Assembly (NCBI RefSeq): GCF_009914755.1
Contig: NC_060934.1
DNA: 64,000 bases
Direction: 5' to 3' (one strand)
DNA from: the human T2T-CHM13v2.0 reference genome, Homo sapiens
Shown here: piece after piece, positions 29,401 through 47,570 of the stretch
Layout of the letters: every line of letters begins with the position of its first letter
Position numbering within the stretch: the stretch's first letter is position 1
Program-made: the position numbers and the translations under genes
Notes under the pieces: generated by a model
What the model was told of the DNA's origin: nothing
Databases searched by the model: none
Seen by the model: only the letters and a program-made list of their open reading frames with translations

Positions 29401-32400
29401 ATGAAACCCAGTTGATCATGGTGGACTATCTTTTTGTTATATTGTTGGATTCAGTTAGCTAGTATTTTGTTAAGGATTTTAGCATCTATGTTCATCAGGG
29501 ATATTGGTCTGTAGTTTTCTTTTTTAGTTATGTCTTTACCTGGTTTTGGTATTGGGGTGATGCTGGCTTCATAGAATGAATTAGGGAGGGTTCCTTCTTT
29601 CTCTATCTTAAGGAATAGTGTCAAAAGGATTGGTACCAATTCTTCTTTGAACGTCTGGTAGAATTCTGCTGTGAATCCATCTGGTCCTGGCCCTTTTTTT
29701 TGTTGGTAATTTTTAAATTACCATTTCAACCTCACTGCTTGTTATTGGTCTGTTCAGAGCATCTAATTCTTCCTGATTTAAGCTAGGAGGGTTGTATTTT
29801 TCCAGGAATGTATCCATCTCTTCTAGGTTTTCTAGTTTATGTGCATAAAAGTGTTCATAGTAGCCTTGAATTATCTTTTGTATTTCAGTGGTGTCAGTTG
29901 TAATATCTCCTGTTTTATTTCTTAGTGAGGTTTTTTGGATTTTCTCTCTTCTTTTCTCATTTAGTCTTGTTAATGGTCGATCAGTTTTATTTATCTTTCA
30001 AAGAACCAGCTTTTTGTTTCATTTATCTTTTGTATTGTTTTTATTTCAATTTCATTTAGTTCTGCTCTGATCTTGGTTGTTTCCTTTCTTCTGCTGGGTT
30101 TGGGTTTGGTTTGTTCTTGTTTCTCTAGTTCCTTGAGGTGTGACCTTAGAGTGTCAGTTTGTGCTTTTTCAGTGTTTTTGAGGTACACTTTTAGGGCTAT
30201 GAACTTTCCTGTTAGCACTGCCTTTGCTGTATCCCACAGGTTTTGGTAGGTTGTGTCATTATTGTCATTCAGTTCGAAGAATTTTTAAATTTCCATCTTG
30301 ATTTTGTTTTTGACCCAATGCTCATTCAGGAGCAGGTTATTTAATTTCCATGTATTTGCATGGTTTTGAAGGTTCCTTTTGGAGTTGATATCCAATTTTA
30401 TTCCACTGTGGTCTGAGAGAGTGCTTGATATACTGTCAATTTTCTTAAATTTATTGAGGCTCATTTTATGGCCTATCATATGGTCTATCCTGGAGAAAGT
30501 TCCATGCGCTGTTGAATAGAATGTGTATTCTGTGGTTGTTGGATGAAATGTTCTGTATACATCTGTTAAGTCCATTTGTTCTAAGGTATAGTTTAAATCC
30601 ACTGTTTCTTTGTTGACTTTCTGTCTTGATGGCCTGTCTTGTACTGTCAGTGGAGTACTTAAGTCCTCCACTATTACTGTGTTGCTGTCTATCTCATGTC
30701 TTAGGTCTATTAGTAATTGTTTTATAAATTTGGGACCTCCAGTGTTAGGTGCATAAATGTTTAGGATTGTGATATTTTCCTGTTGGACAAGGCCTTTCAC
30801 CATTACAAAATATCCTTCTTTGTCTCCTTTGGCTGCTGTTGCTTTAAAGTTTGTTTGTCTGATGTAAGAATAGCTATCCCTGCTTGCTTTTGGTGTCCAT
30901 TTGCATGAAATGCCTTTTTCCACCCATTTACTTTAAGTTTATGCGAGTCCTTATGTGTTAGCGAGTCTCCTGAAGGCATCAGATAGTTGGTTAGTGAGTT
31001 CTTATCCATTCTGCAGTTCTGTGTCTTTAAGTGGAGCATTTAAGTCCAATGTTAGTAATGAAATGTGAGGTACTGTTGCATTCATCGTGCTCTTTGTTGC
31101 CTGTGTACTTTGGGTTCTTGTTTATTTGTTTTTTGCTTTTGCTTTTTAACTTGTATTTATGTTTTATAGATCCTGTGTGAATTTATGCTTTAAAGAGGTT
31201 CTGTTTTGATGTGTTTCCAGGATTTGTTTCAAGATTCAGAGCTCATTTTAGCAGTTCTTGTAGTGGTGGCTTGGTAATGGCGAATTCTCTCACCATTTGT
31301 TTGTCTGAAAAAGACTGTATCTCTCCTTCATATATAATGCTTAGTTTCGCTAGATACAAAATTCTTGGCTGATGATTGTTTTGTTTAAGGAGGCTGAAGA
31401 TCGGGCCCCAATCCCTTCTAGCTTGTAGAGTTTCTGCTGAGAAATCTGCTGTTAATCTGATAGGTTTTCCTTTATAGGTTACTTGGCGCTTCTGTCTCAC
31501 AGCTCTTAAGATTCTTTCCTTCATCTTAACTTTGGATAACCTGATGACAATGTGCCTAGGTGAAGATCTTTTGTGATGAATTTCCCAGGTGTTCCTTGTG
31601 CTTCTTGTATTTAGATGTCTAGATCTTTAGCAAGGCTGGGGAAGTTTTCCTTGATGATTCCTCCAAATATTTTTTCTAAGATTTTAGAATTCTCTTCTTC
31701 CTCAGGAAAATCGTTTATTCTTAGGTTTGGTCATTTAACATAATCTCAGATTTCTTGGAGTCTTTTTTTTTTTTTTAATTGTTTTTTTTTATCTTTGTTG
31801 AATTGGGTTAATTTGACGACTGTGTCTTTGAGCTCTGAATTTCTTTCTTCTACTTGTTCAGTTCTATTGCTGAGACTTTCCAGAGCATTTCATATTTCTA
31901 AAAGTGTGTCCAGAGTTTCCTGAATTGTTGATTGTTTTTTTCTTTAAGCTTTCTATTTTCTTGAGTATTTCTCCCTTCACTTGTTGTATCATTTTTTGGA
32001 TTTCCTTGCATTGAGCTTCACCTTTCTCTGGTGCCTCCCTTAATAACTAACCTCTGGAATTCTTTTTCAGGTAAAGCCGGGATTTCTTCTTGGTTTGGGT
32101 CCATTGCTGATGAAGTATTATGATTTTTGTGGGGAATGTTAAAGAGCCTTGTTTTGTCATATTTCCAGGGTTGGTTTTCTGGTTCCTTCTCATTTGGATA
32201 GGCTCTGTCTTAGGGAAGGTCTAGGGCTGAAGGCTGTTGTTCAAATTCTTTTGTCCCATGGGGTGTTCCCTTGATGTAGTACTCTCCCCCTTTTCCTATG
32301 GATGTGGCTTCCTGTGAGCCAAACTGCAGTGATTGTTGTCTCTCTTCTGGGTCTAGCTACCCAGTGAGTCTACCTGGCTCTGGGCTGCTATTGGGGGTTG

Positions 32401-33380
32401 TTTGCACAGAGTCCTGTGATATGGTGGTTTAATGCTCTATTTTTGTGCTGGTTGGCCTCCTGCTGAGAGGTGGCACTTTCCAGAGAGCATCAGCTGTGGT
32501 AGTATGGAGAGGAAGAGGCGGTGGCTGTGGCCCTAGAACTCCCAAGATTATGTGCCCTTTGTCTTCCCCTACCAGGGTGGGTAGGGAAGGACCATAAGGT
32601 GGGGGCAGGGCTAGGTGTGGCTGAGGTCTGACTCCTTGGGTGAGTCTTGCTGTGGCTGCTGTGGGGAATGGGGTGAGATTCCCAGGTCACTGGAGTTGTG
32701 TACCTAGGAGGGTTATGGCTGCCTCTGCTGAGTCATGCAGGTTGTCAGAGTTGTCCGGCCAAGTGGGCAGTCACAGGGCTCACCCAGCTCCCACCCAAAA
32801 TGAAGGGCCCGTGTTGCTCCCAACCTCCCCTGCAATAGCCCCAAGTCTGTTTCCAGACGGTGGGCGAGTTGGGCTTGAAAACTTGCTCCAAGCTACCCGC
32901 CTTCACAGCTGCGAAAGAAAAGGGCTTGGTTCTTCCCAGACCTATGGAGTCTGCACACCAGATTTGTGCCCTCCCCTGAGTTCTGGCCAGGAGGTTTCTT
33001 GCCCTGTTCAAATTGTTACAAAGTTCAGCTAGAACTGCTTTTCCCTGTGGAGTTTTACCCCCTGGTCCTCTGTCTGTCCTCCCAATGGATCCCTGTGTTT
33101 CCAGGCAGGAATGGCCTGCTTCAGGACCCAGTGAGCTCCCAGGGCTTTTCTGCTGCTTCTTCTACTCTTATATTTCACTTGGCTCTCTAAATGGACTCAG
33201 TTCCAAGTAAGGTCAGAAACTTTTCCAACAAACAGACCTTCTGTTTCTCCAGTGGAGAGTGTGTTTTCGGGAAAGGAGGGTCTCCCTTTCCTGCTTCCGC
33301 AGTTGGGGCACTCACAGTATTTGGGGTGTCTCCCAGGTCCTGCAGGAGCTGTCTGCTTCCTTCAGAGGGTCTGTGGGTCT
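26440..33380 (-). mobile_element. Near full-length L1PB1-like element nested in L1MA and interrupted by LTR10
   Basis: L1PB 3' end. Many ORF2 fragments (EN domain ITILNIYAPNTGGPKFIKQLL...SDHSGIKL). ORF1 KERILRAVRQKRQVTYKGKPIRLTADFS. 5'UTR at ~32200-33380. Confidence 0.92.
26691..27306 (-). mobile_element. LTR10-family solo LTR (HERV-I, ERV1)
   Basis: TG...CA termini, 616 bp. 4-bp TSD ttga/gtga splits the L1 sequence atatca(g)tgagaacat. Reverse complement starts tgtaggatataataaattcctcttcaaagg. Confidence 0.82.
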
Positions 33381-33382
33381 TT

Positions 33383-34222
<840 letters not shown>

Positions 34223-34224
34223 AG

Positions 34225-35080
34225 GACACATTCTGTAAGGAAGTCATAAGGCCAGTCCATATTCATAGGTAAGAGTAGCATGCATATATAGGGTGGGAAA
34301 AAATTGTTGGTAGCCATTTATGGAAATAATCCAGTACAATATTCAATTTTTGTAAGTGTTCTAATGACATAAAATAATGCACATTTTCTACTGCTAGGTA
34401 TACCAATTAGCTTTTCCTAAATAACAAATTATTCCAAAACGTAGTAACTTAAAACAGTAGAATCATTATTTCTCATAGTTGCTGGGCAGCTCAGCTTAGT
34501 TTGGATGTGCAAGATAAGTTTTATTCCTATGTCTGACGTTCCAGCTGGGACATCTGGGACAGGTGGGACTTCTTTCTAGTCTCTTATCTTCCAGGATGAT
34601 AGCTCTGGGTAGTTTAAAGAAGGATCCCTAGTAGCAAGAGATTAAAACAAAGCTGAAAGATCTCTGGAGGCCTCAGCTCACATCACTCATGGTGTCATTT
34701 GTGTTGTATCCTCTTGGCCCCAACAAGAATTAGGCCAACTGAGTTTCAAGAAGTGAGGAAATAGATTGTACCTTTTTATGGGAGCTATTGTGAAGAATTT
34801 ATGGCCATTTGTAGTCTGCCACAGTGGGGTATATATTTTCTCTCTCCCTGTGTATAAAATTCAATTAAGTCTAGATTTGTTTCATTATTTTAATTTTCTA
34901 TCATCTTTATTCGTTAGAATATAGACTAGGCTGCTATAAAAAGAGACGCCATATAATTCAATGGCTTAAACAAGGTAGAATATCATTTTTATCTCATGTA
35001 AAGTTTGAGTTGATGGTTCCAGCAAGTACAGTAGTTTGATGTTGTCTGGTACCTAGACTCCTTACTTCTTGCTCTTGTTT
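34225..35080 (-). mobile_element. Cluster of degenerate MLT1 LTR fragments
   Basis: Motifs gtaacttaaaaca...atttctcatag, ggccattttgtagtctgccaca-like end, and aatggcttaaacaag. Confidence 0.55.
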
Positions 35081-35699
35081 CTCATTGAAACATAGAAATT
35101 TTTATCATATCTCAAATTTTTTATCTATATCAAGGGAGTTTTCTTATTTCTTTCGTCATCATTTAACTTTCTTCTTCCTTTTATCCCGCTGAGACTCGTA
35201 TTTGAATATTATGATTTCTACATTGACTGTTTTAAGTCTTCTATCTTTTTCATCATGGCTTCTATGTGTATGTTTGTTCTGTGGTATGAGATATGTCTTC
35301 CATTTAATTTACAAGATTTCTAAACTTATTCTCAAAAGTAAGCAACCTTTCTCCTTTTCACTTCCTCTTGAACTTTTAAGTTAAAAAAGTCATGTTTGCT
35401 TTCTTTAAAAATCTCAGGAGATCCTAATTTAGGGTTCTAATTCCATCATTCAGAGAACACTATCAGGGTCTTAATGTTTTCTTTCTAATTATTTTCTGTT
35501 TATCCCTCTAGCTCTGCTTTAGTAGGGGCTATGTCTTTGGATTGTTCAACTTCCTCTCTGAAGTTACTTAGTCCCATCCCATGGTTTATTGCATTTCTGT
35601 GCCTGTTTATGGACATGTTTCCTCAGCAGCTCATTGGTCATGTGTTGAAATCGCTTGTGCAGTTGTTGTAAGGTTTACTTTTGTTCCCATTATCACGTG

Positions 35700-37320
35700 C
35701 TTTTGTTTTATAGATGCTGTGTTCTCTCAAATTTCAATGAGAATAAAATGTAGATTTAGGGATTTCTTTTGTTTCTTAAAATAACTTTGTTACAGAAAAG
35801 GGGCATTTATTCTGTAAAGATATTTTTTCTATTTTTGCTTGGCTTTCATTTTTTTCTGCTGAGAAGCAATTATTAAAATCATCATTTCCTTTTGTATAAT
35901 ATGTCATTTTTCTTTGGCCACTTTTATTGCTTTTTTTTTTTCCTTTTATTTGGTTTTCAGCAGTTTGGCTTTGTTTTACGTGAGCATGATTTTCTTTGTA
36001 AATATCAACTTGGGCAGCACTGAACATGTTGAGTATGTTAATTTCACCAAGTTTGGGACATTTTCAATGTATTATTATTTTAAAAATATTTTGTCTACCA
36101 CTTCCTCTCTCTCTTTTCCTTATGGGATACAATTATATATTAGACATATGATTTTATCCCACAGTTGCCTCAGTATCTGTTAGTTAAAAAAAATCTTTGT
36201 TGTTTGTATTTAGATTGGGTATTTTGTATCGATATATTTTCAAGTGGTTTGACTTTTTCCACTGTCATCAGATCCCATCTGTTCTTATGCTCATACATTA
36301 AATTTTTAAATTCAGATATTATGATTTTCAGTTCCAGAATTTCCATTTGACTATTTTTTTTTTAAAGAGACATTGTCTTATTTTTATTACCCAGGCTGGA
36401 GTACAGTGGCAGGATCATAGCTCACTGCAGCTTTGAGCTCCTGGGCTCAAATGATCCTCCTGCCTCAGCTTCCCAAGGAGCTAGGATTATAAGTGTGTAC
36501 CACCATGGATGGCTAATTCAAAATGTGTTTTATAGACATAGCGTCTTGCTATGTTGCCCAGGCTGGTCTTGAATTCCTGGCCTCAAGCAATCCTCCCACC
36601 TTGGCCTCCTGAAATGCTGGGATTATAGGTGTGGGCATGCATTTTTTATAGCTTATATTTCTCTGCTAAGATTTCCATAATTTTATTTATTATGAGCATA
36701 TTTTCCTTTATGCTGGACATTTTTATTATGCTTGCTTTAAACATCTGTATGTGAATTTTAAAATCTGGATTGTCTTGCTTGGGATCACTTTTTGCTCATT
36801 GTCTTTTATCTTAAGAATTAGTTTCACTTTTCTGTTTCTTCAAATGTCAAGTATTTCTAAATTATATCCTGGCTATTATGAATATCATATTCTTGAAACC
36901 CTAGATTGTGTTATATTCTTCTGATTATTATTATTTTTTTCTTTAATATATAATTAACACTATTCGATTTAAAATGTAAATTCTATGTTTAGGTAGCAGC
37001 TCACATTGCATTTTAGTTTTTTTAGCTTTTGCTAGGCTGCTTAGTCTTCTTTATGCATATGTAGTTCAGGGGTCAGGTGGAGATTTGGGTAGAGTTTATA
37101 CAAAGAATCTGGGGCTCCCTATCTTATCTTCTTTTCTTTGTGTAATTTCCCTCTAACCTTTCCAGTGGCTTGAATTGTCCTGAACTCTGTCCTCTGGTGG
37201 TTTTTAAATCAGCTACTAGGCACCTTGAATGGCTCAGATAGGGATTGCCCTCAAACTAAAAGCCACAAAAATGAGAATCTTCCCTAGAGTTCTTCCCTTC
37301 CTCCAAATGTCACCTTCCGT
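35700..37320 (-). mobile_element. Ancient L1M fragment (ORF1/5' region)
   Basis: Degenerate ORF1-like minus-strand peptide (KQSQTAENQ...MTYYTKG) and ttttcagttccagaatttccattt. Confidence 0.55.
36355..36637 (-). mobile_element. AluJ
   Basis: Antisense diverged Alu. Confidence 0.9.
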
Positions 37321-37335
37321 CAAGAATTTACCTAT

Positions 37336-38372
37336 GAGGGAGCAGCCAAGATGGCCGAATAGGAACAGCTCCGGTCTACAGCTCCCAGCGTGAGTGACGC
37401 AGAAGACGGGTGATTTCTGCATTTCCATCTGAGGTACTGGGTTAATCTCACTAGGGAGTGCCAGACAGTGGGCACAGGACAGTGGGTGCAGTGCACCATG
37501 CATGAGCCGAAGCAGGGCGAGGCATTGCCTCACTCGGGAAGCGCAAGGGGTCAGGGAGTTCCCTTTCCTAGTCAAAGAAAGGGGTGACAGACAGCACCTG
37601 GAAATCAGGTCACTCCCGCCCTAATACTGTGGTTTTCCAACAGGCTTAAAAAACAGTGCACCAGGAGATTATATCCCGCACATGGCTTGGAGGGTCGTAC
37701 GCCCACGGAGTCTCGCTGATTGCTAGCACAGCACTCTGAGATCAAACTGCAAGGCGGCAGCGAGGCTGGGGGAGGGGCGCCCGCCATTGCCCAGGCTTGC
37801 TTAGGTAAACAAAGCAGCCAGGAAGCTCGAACTGGGTGGAGCCCACCACAGCTCAAGGAGGCCTGCCTGCCTGCCTCTGTAGGCTCCACCTCTGGGGGCA
37901 GGGCACAGACAAACAAAAAGACAGCAGTAACCTCTGCAGACTTAAATGTCCCTGTCTGACAGCTTTGAAGAGAGCAGTGGTTCTCCCAGCACGCAGCTGG
38001 AGATCTGAGAACGGACAGACTGCCTCCTCAAGTGGGTGCCTGACCCCTGACCCCAGAGCAGCCTAACTGGGAGGCACCCCCCAGTAGGGGCAGACTGACA
38101 CCTCACACGGCCGGGTACTCCTCTGAGACAAAACTTGCAGAGGAACGATCAGACAGCAGCATTTGCGGTTCATGAAAATCCGCTGTTGTGCAGCCACTGC
38201 TGCTGTTATCCAGGTAGACGGTCTGGAGTGGACCTCTAGCAAACTCCAACAGACCTGCAGCTGAGGGTCCTGTCTGTTAGAAGGAAAACTAACAAACACA
38301 AAGGACATCCACACCAAAAACCCATCTGTATGTCACCATCATCAAAGACCAAAAGTAGATAAAACCACAAAG
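37336..38372 (+). promoter_or_regulatory. L1 5'UTR with internal sense promoter (YY1 site caagatggc) and antisense promoter; CpG-containing
   Basis: Complete L1PA 5'UTR. Promoter function is established for the family, not shown for this copy. Confidence 0.7.
37605..37787 (-). CDS. L1 ORF0 (antisense), 60 aa, truncated by a premature TGA
   Basis: MAGAPPPASLPPCSLISECCASNQRDSVGV... is the known primate L1 ORF0 sequence. Expression at this locus is unknown. Confidence 0.6.
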   Translation of the reverse strand: MAGAPPPASLPPCSLISECCASNQRDSVGVRPSKPCAGYNLLVHCFLSLLENHSIRAGVT

Positions 38373-39388
38373 ATGGGGAAAAAACAGAGCAGAAAAACTG
38401 GAAACTCTAAAAAGCAGAGCACCTCTCCTCCTCCAAAGGAACGCAGTTCCTCACCAGCAATGGAAGAAAGCTGGATGGAGAATGACTTTGACGAGTTGAG
38501 AGAAGAAGGCTTCAGACGATCAAACTACTCTGAGCTACAGTAGGAAATTCAAACCAAAGGCAAAGAAGTTGAAAACTTTGAAAAAAATTTAGACGAATGT
38601 ATAACTAGAATAACCAATACAGTGAAGTGCTTAAAGGAGCTGATGGAGCTGAAAACCAAGGCTCGAGAACTACGTGAAGAATGCAGAAGCCTCAGGAGCC
38701 GATGTGATCAACTGGAAGAAAGGGTATCAGTGATGGAAGATGAAATGAATGAAGTGAAGCGAGAAGGGAAGTTTAGAGGAAAAAGAATAAAAAGAAACGA
38801 ACAAAGCCTCCAAGAAATATGGGACTATGTGAAAAGACCAAATCTATGTCTGATTGGTGTACCTGAAAATGACAGGGAGAATGGAACCAAGTTGGAAAAC
38901 ACTCTGCAAGATATTATCCAGGAGAACTTCCCCAATCTAGCAAGGCAGGCCAACACTCAGATTCAGGAAATACAGAGAACGCCACAAAGATACTCCTCGA
39001 GAAGAGCAACTCCAAGACACATAATTGTCAGATTCACCAAAGTTGAAATGAAGGAAAAAATGTTAAGGGCAGCCAGAGAGAAAGGTCGGGTTACCCACAA
39101 AGGGAAGCCCATCAGACTAATAGCGGATTTCTCAGCAGAAACTCTGCAAGCCAGAAGAGAGTGGGGGCCAATATTCAACATTCTTAAAGAAAAGAATTTT
39201 CACCCAGAATTTCATATCCAGCCAAACTAAGCTTCATAAGTGAAGGAGAAATAAAATCCTTTACAGACAAGCAAATGCTGAGAGATTTTGTCACCACCAG
39301 GCCTGCCCTAAAAGAGCTCCTGAAGGAAGCACTAAACATGGAAAGGAACAACTGGTACCAGCCACTGCAAAAACATGCCAAATTGTAA
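38373..39388 (+). pseudogene. L1 ORF1p, disrupted
   Basis: ATG GGG AAA AAA CAG start. In-frame TAG at 38541. 1-nt deletion near 39200 shifts the frame. Confidence 0.92.
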
Positions 39389-39447
39389 AGACCATCGATG
39401 CTAGGAAGAAACTGCATCAACGAGCAAAATAACCAGCTAACATCATA

Positions 39448-43239
<3,792 letters not shown>

Positions 43240-43470
43240 ACAATGAGAACACATGGACACAGGAAGGGGAACATCACACTCTGGGGACTGTTGTGGGGTG
43301 GGGGGACGAGGGAGGGATAACATTAGGAGATATACCTAATGCTATAATGACGAGTTAATGGGTGCAGCACACCAGCATGGCACATGTATACATATGTAAC
43401 TAACCTGCACATTGTGTACATGTACCCTAAAACTTAAAGTATAAAAAAAAAAAAGAATCTACCTACACTT

Positions 43471-43638
43471 GGCTGGGTGTGTGGTGGCTCATGCCTATAA
43501 TCCCCATGCTTTGGAAGGCTGAGGCAGGAGGATGGCTTGAGCCTATGAATTTGAGACTGCAGTGAGCTAGGAACCCACTGCTGCACTCTAGCCTGGGTAA
43601 CAGAGCAAGACCCTGTCTCTTAAAAAGAAAATAAAATA
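43471..43638 (+). mobile_element. Alu monomer (FAM/FRAM-like)
   Basis: Single ~150-bp arm plus A-rich tail. Degenerate TSD aatctrcctacwctt. Confidence 0.8.
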
Positions 43639-44200
43639 AGTTAACAAATCTGCCTACTCTTGATTGTTCTCCTATTGTTGATACTTGTATTTAGTCCAGA
43701 GTTTATGGTTGTTATGTGTGGCAGCATTTGTCTAGTGGGAACTCAGTCATATCAGAAGCAAAACTGGGAACTCTAAATATGGTCCTCAAAGTGTCTTTAA
43801 TTTGATGGAGAATTCCTGGAACATCATGTGTAATAGAATTTACTCATTTGCACAAAGCCAGAACAATGTTTATTTTGTGTTAAGAGTAGAGGTTCTTCTT
43901 TTAGTAAAATTTGAAATTCTTCTTTTTAAATATTTCAGGCCTAGAGGAAAGGAGAAATGAAATGTTTGATTTACTGCAATTGTAATTTCCCCGATTCATG
44001 CTCAATTTGCCTGTGAAAAATCAATAGGAAGCTTTAGCTTCAGGTATTATCCACCATTACACTTGAGAGATGTGCAGTTCAATGTCTATGCTCAATTCTT
44101 ATCTTGGGTATCTATGGGTTTTGGAAAAGTAATACTGGTAAAACTAAATTAATTAAAAATACCAAAGTAAATACCTTTTTTCCCCCTTCTTACTTCCTAG

Positions 44201-44263
44201 AAAGTAGCACGTCTGGAAATTGAGAACAAAGTCCTTCAGGAGCAATTGAAACAGGCTTTACAG
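44201..44263 (+). CDS. CCDC7: CCDC7 internal coding exon (63 nt, phase 0 to 0): KVARLEIENKVLQEQLKQALQ, coiled-coil-like
   Basis: Strong polypyrimidine tract ending ttcctag|, donor CAG|gtaaag, heptad-like peptide. Confidence 0.92.
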
Positions 44264-45271
44264 GTAAAGGATGTCATGTTTCTTTAACATTGTTAACAAG
44301 TAAAGAAAATATCCACAAAGAACTTTTCAAATGAATAATTTTTACTTTGTAAGCTAAGAGGTCTACATATTCTACTATTTGGCTAGGTTTAAACTATATT
44401 CATTTTATGCATTAGGGGTATATTAATAAAATTTAATATTCATTCTTATCAAAAATAGCGAGATATAAAGAAAAGTAAACTTTCTTAAGCTAATAAAGGC
44501 AATCTATTCATCTGTCATGGTTGCAGTGTGAACAAAAGAAAAGGAAAAGAAAAAAAGACAATGTATTTCAAGCTGATAAGCAATATACTTAAAGGTAAAA
44601 TACTGCAGGCATTCCAATTAAACTCAGTTGAACCAAGATGTTGACTCTTACTACTCTTTTTAAAATTTTAGTTAAATAATACAACAAGAAATGAAAAAAA
44701 GCTATAAGCATTTCATAAATGAATAGACAAAAGTGTATTTGTGTATTATAAAATTGTTTTGCCTACCATCTTGGTAAAAATGTAAAGGACAGAAATATGT
44801 AGTATTTGTGGTTGTATGCTGAAATGAGCAACCTTTCACGTACTTCTATTATCAAAAAAGTATGAATTGATATATTCATCTGTTTTTGTTAATAGAAGTA
44901 TAAAAGATATTTGTTATGTCTTTCTGGGAGACAGAAAAGACATAGCAAAATTGGAAAGATGTAGCCTTTTCACTCAATAAAAGCTTTTAAAAGTTTATCC
45001 TAAAGAAGAAAAAAGTGTACAGAGATTTTGTACAAGTATGTACAATGTCATATGTTTTAATAGCAAAAATTTTGAAATGATCTAAATGTCCATTGTTAAG
45101 GAGTTTGCTAAGACAATTATAGTATATTATTAAATGTACTTCTATTACCTATTCTGATTTAAATGTATGTTTATTGTTATAGAAACATATCTATGACATT
45201 ATTTAATGAAAAGAGCATAAGATGTAAGTGTGTATAGTAGGACCCAATTTAGATAAACATTTAAAAAATTT

Positions 45272-45496
45272 GGCTGGGCATCATGGTTCATGCCTGTAAT
45301 CCCAGCACTTTAGGGGGCCAAGGCCGGTGGATCACTTTGAGCCCAAGAATTTGCGAACAGCCTGGGCAACATAGTGAAACCCTGTCTCTATTAAAAATAC
45401 AAAAACTGACTGGGTGTGGTGGTGTGGGCCTGTAGTCTCAGCTACTTGGGAGGCTGAGGTGGGGGGATAACTTAAGCCCAGGAGACTAGAGGTTGC
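45272..45496 (+). mobile_element. Alu truncated in the right arm
   Basis: Alu ends abruptly at gaggttgca and lacks the last ~60 nt and tail. Confidence 0.9.
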
Positions 45497-45780
45497 AAAA
45501 AAACCCCGCAGATATATATATATATAGCTAATATATATATTAGCTATGTATAATTATATATTATATATATTATAATATGTATTAGCTATATATATGCAGG
45601 GTTTTTTATATATAAATATATAACATATTTATATATAAAAAAAATCTTTGTGTAATTTCCCTCTAACCTTTCTAATATAGCTAATATATATAATATATAT
45701 AGCTAATATATAATATATATTATATATATAATATATATAGCTAATATATAATATATATTATATATATATTAGTTATATTT
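45497..45780. repeat. Palindromic TA-rich low-complexity tract with atagctaatata units
   Basis: Directly visible; see findings. Confidence 0.9.
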
Positions 45781-46341
45781 AGAAAAATTTAAAAAGGATA
45801 TATCTCAAAATGTTAATAGTAATTTTTCTTTATGAGGTGAGATTATTTATGAATTTTCTTTTTATTTATATAGTCTTTTATATAAGTAAGTTAATTGTAT
45901 GACTAAATAAAAATTATAAAAAGTGACATTTTTAAGGAGACTTTTATTCCAGAAGAAATAAATTGTTTTCCACATTTTATTTCATTCTTTGATATTATAG
46001 GTGCTAATTATCCTTCTTATAGTCTATCAATTTTTATAATGTATACCTTATATGAATTTTTATTTTGCTTGTATAATAATTAGAGCCTTAAAAATAACAG
46101 CCAGGAAAAACTCCTGGGTATAAAAATAGCCCTCAAAGGTGGAAGAGGTTTCTTCACAACTTCTGATTTTAACTGTGGAATTGTTAAAGTATCAATTATA
46201 GCAATAGCTTACCTTTGCTCCCTTCAACTCAGTAAAAATGAGTTGAGAAATCATGTAGGCGTAAATATATGTAGATTCCTGAATGTGGTAGTATTGGCAG
46301 GAAAATATCAGAAAATGCTTAATAAACTGGTACTTTTTTAA

Positions 46342-46984
<643 letters not shown>

Positions 46985-47439
46985 TTTGGATTTGTTTTTA
47001 CTTTTGCCCTTTACCTTCTGTATATGTCAACTCATTATTATCTTGAATACCAAACTATGACTTAAATATATACTGATTTTGAATGACCACATAAGCATCT
47101 GAGATTTGAGTCCTTTATTTTTACCTTCTCTTTTTGTGTATAATTTTTATTGTGAACTACCTCAACTTCTTCCTGGAAAGATAAATAATAAAAATAGTTT
47201 CTCCGAGGGCAATAAAAATTATTAAAGTTGTTAGATCATGTATATAAACGAAGTAAGGTACACCGAATTGAATATAAAAACAAATATCTAAAGAAATATA
47301 GGATTGTCTGTCAGCTGCTTTAAGACAAAGAACAAAAGAAGCAGCACAACTTAAAATCTGCTAGTCATTTTATATCTGCCATTATTATAAAATCTGCTAG
47401 TTATTTTATATCTGTGTATACGGGCTAGTCATTTACACA

Positions 47440-47570
47440 AGACCATAAGCTAGCTATTAGCACCTCCATTCTGAGAATGAAACCAAAGGTTTAAAAAATT
47501 AGCCATGCCGCATTACAGTGAGTAATATTGAGTTAGATTTCAAATTCAGGTCTTTCTCGCTCCAAAATCA
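47440..47570 (-). mobile_element. MIR fragment
   Basis: ctccattctgagaatgaaaccaaaggtt...gatttcaaattcaggtct. Confidence 0.5.

Noticed and set aside
43939-44043. Possible cryptic exon (tttcag|GCCTAG...CAG|gtatta)
   Set aside because: Immediate in-frame stop and a mediocre donor; such matches are common by chance.
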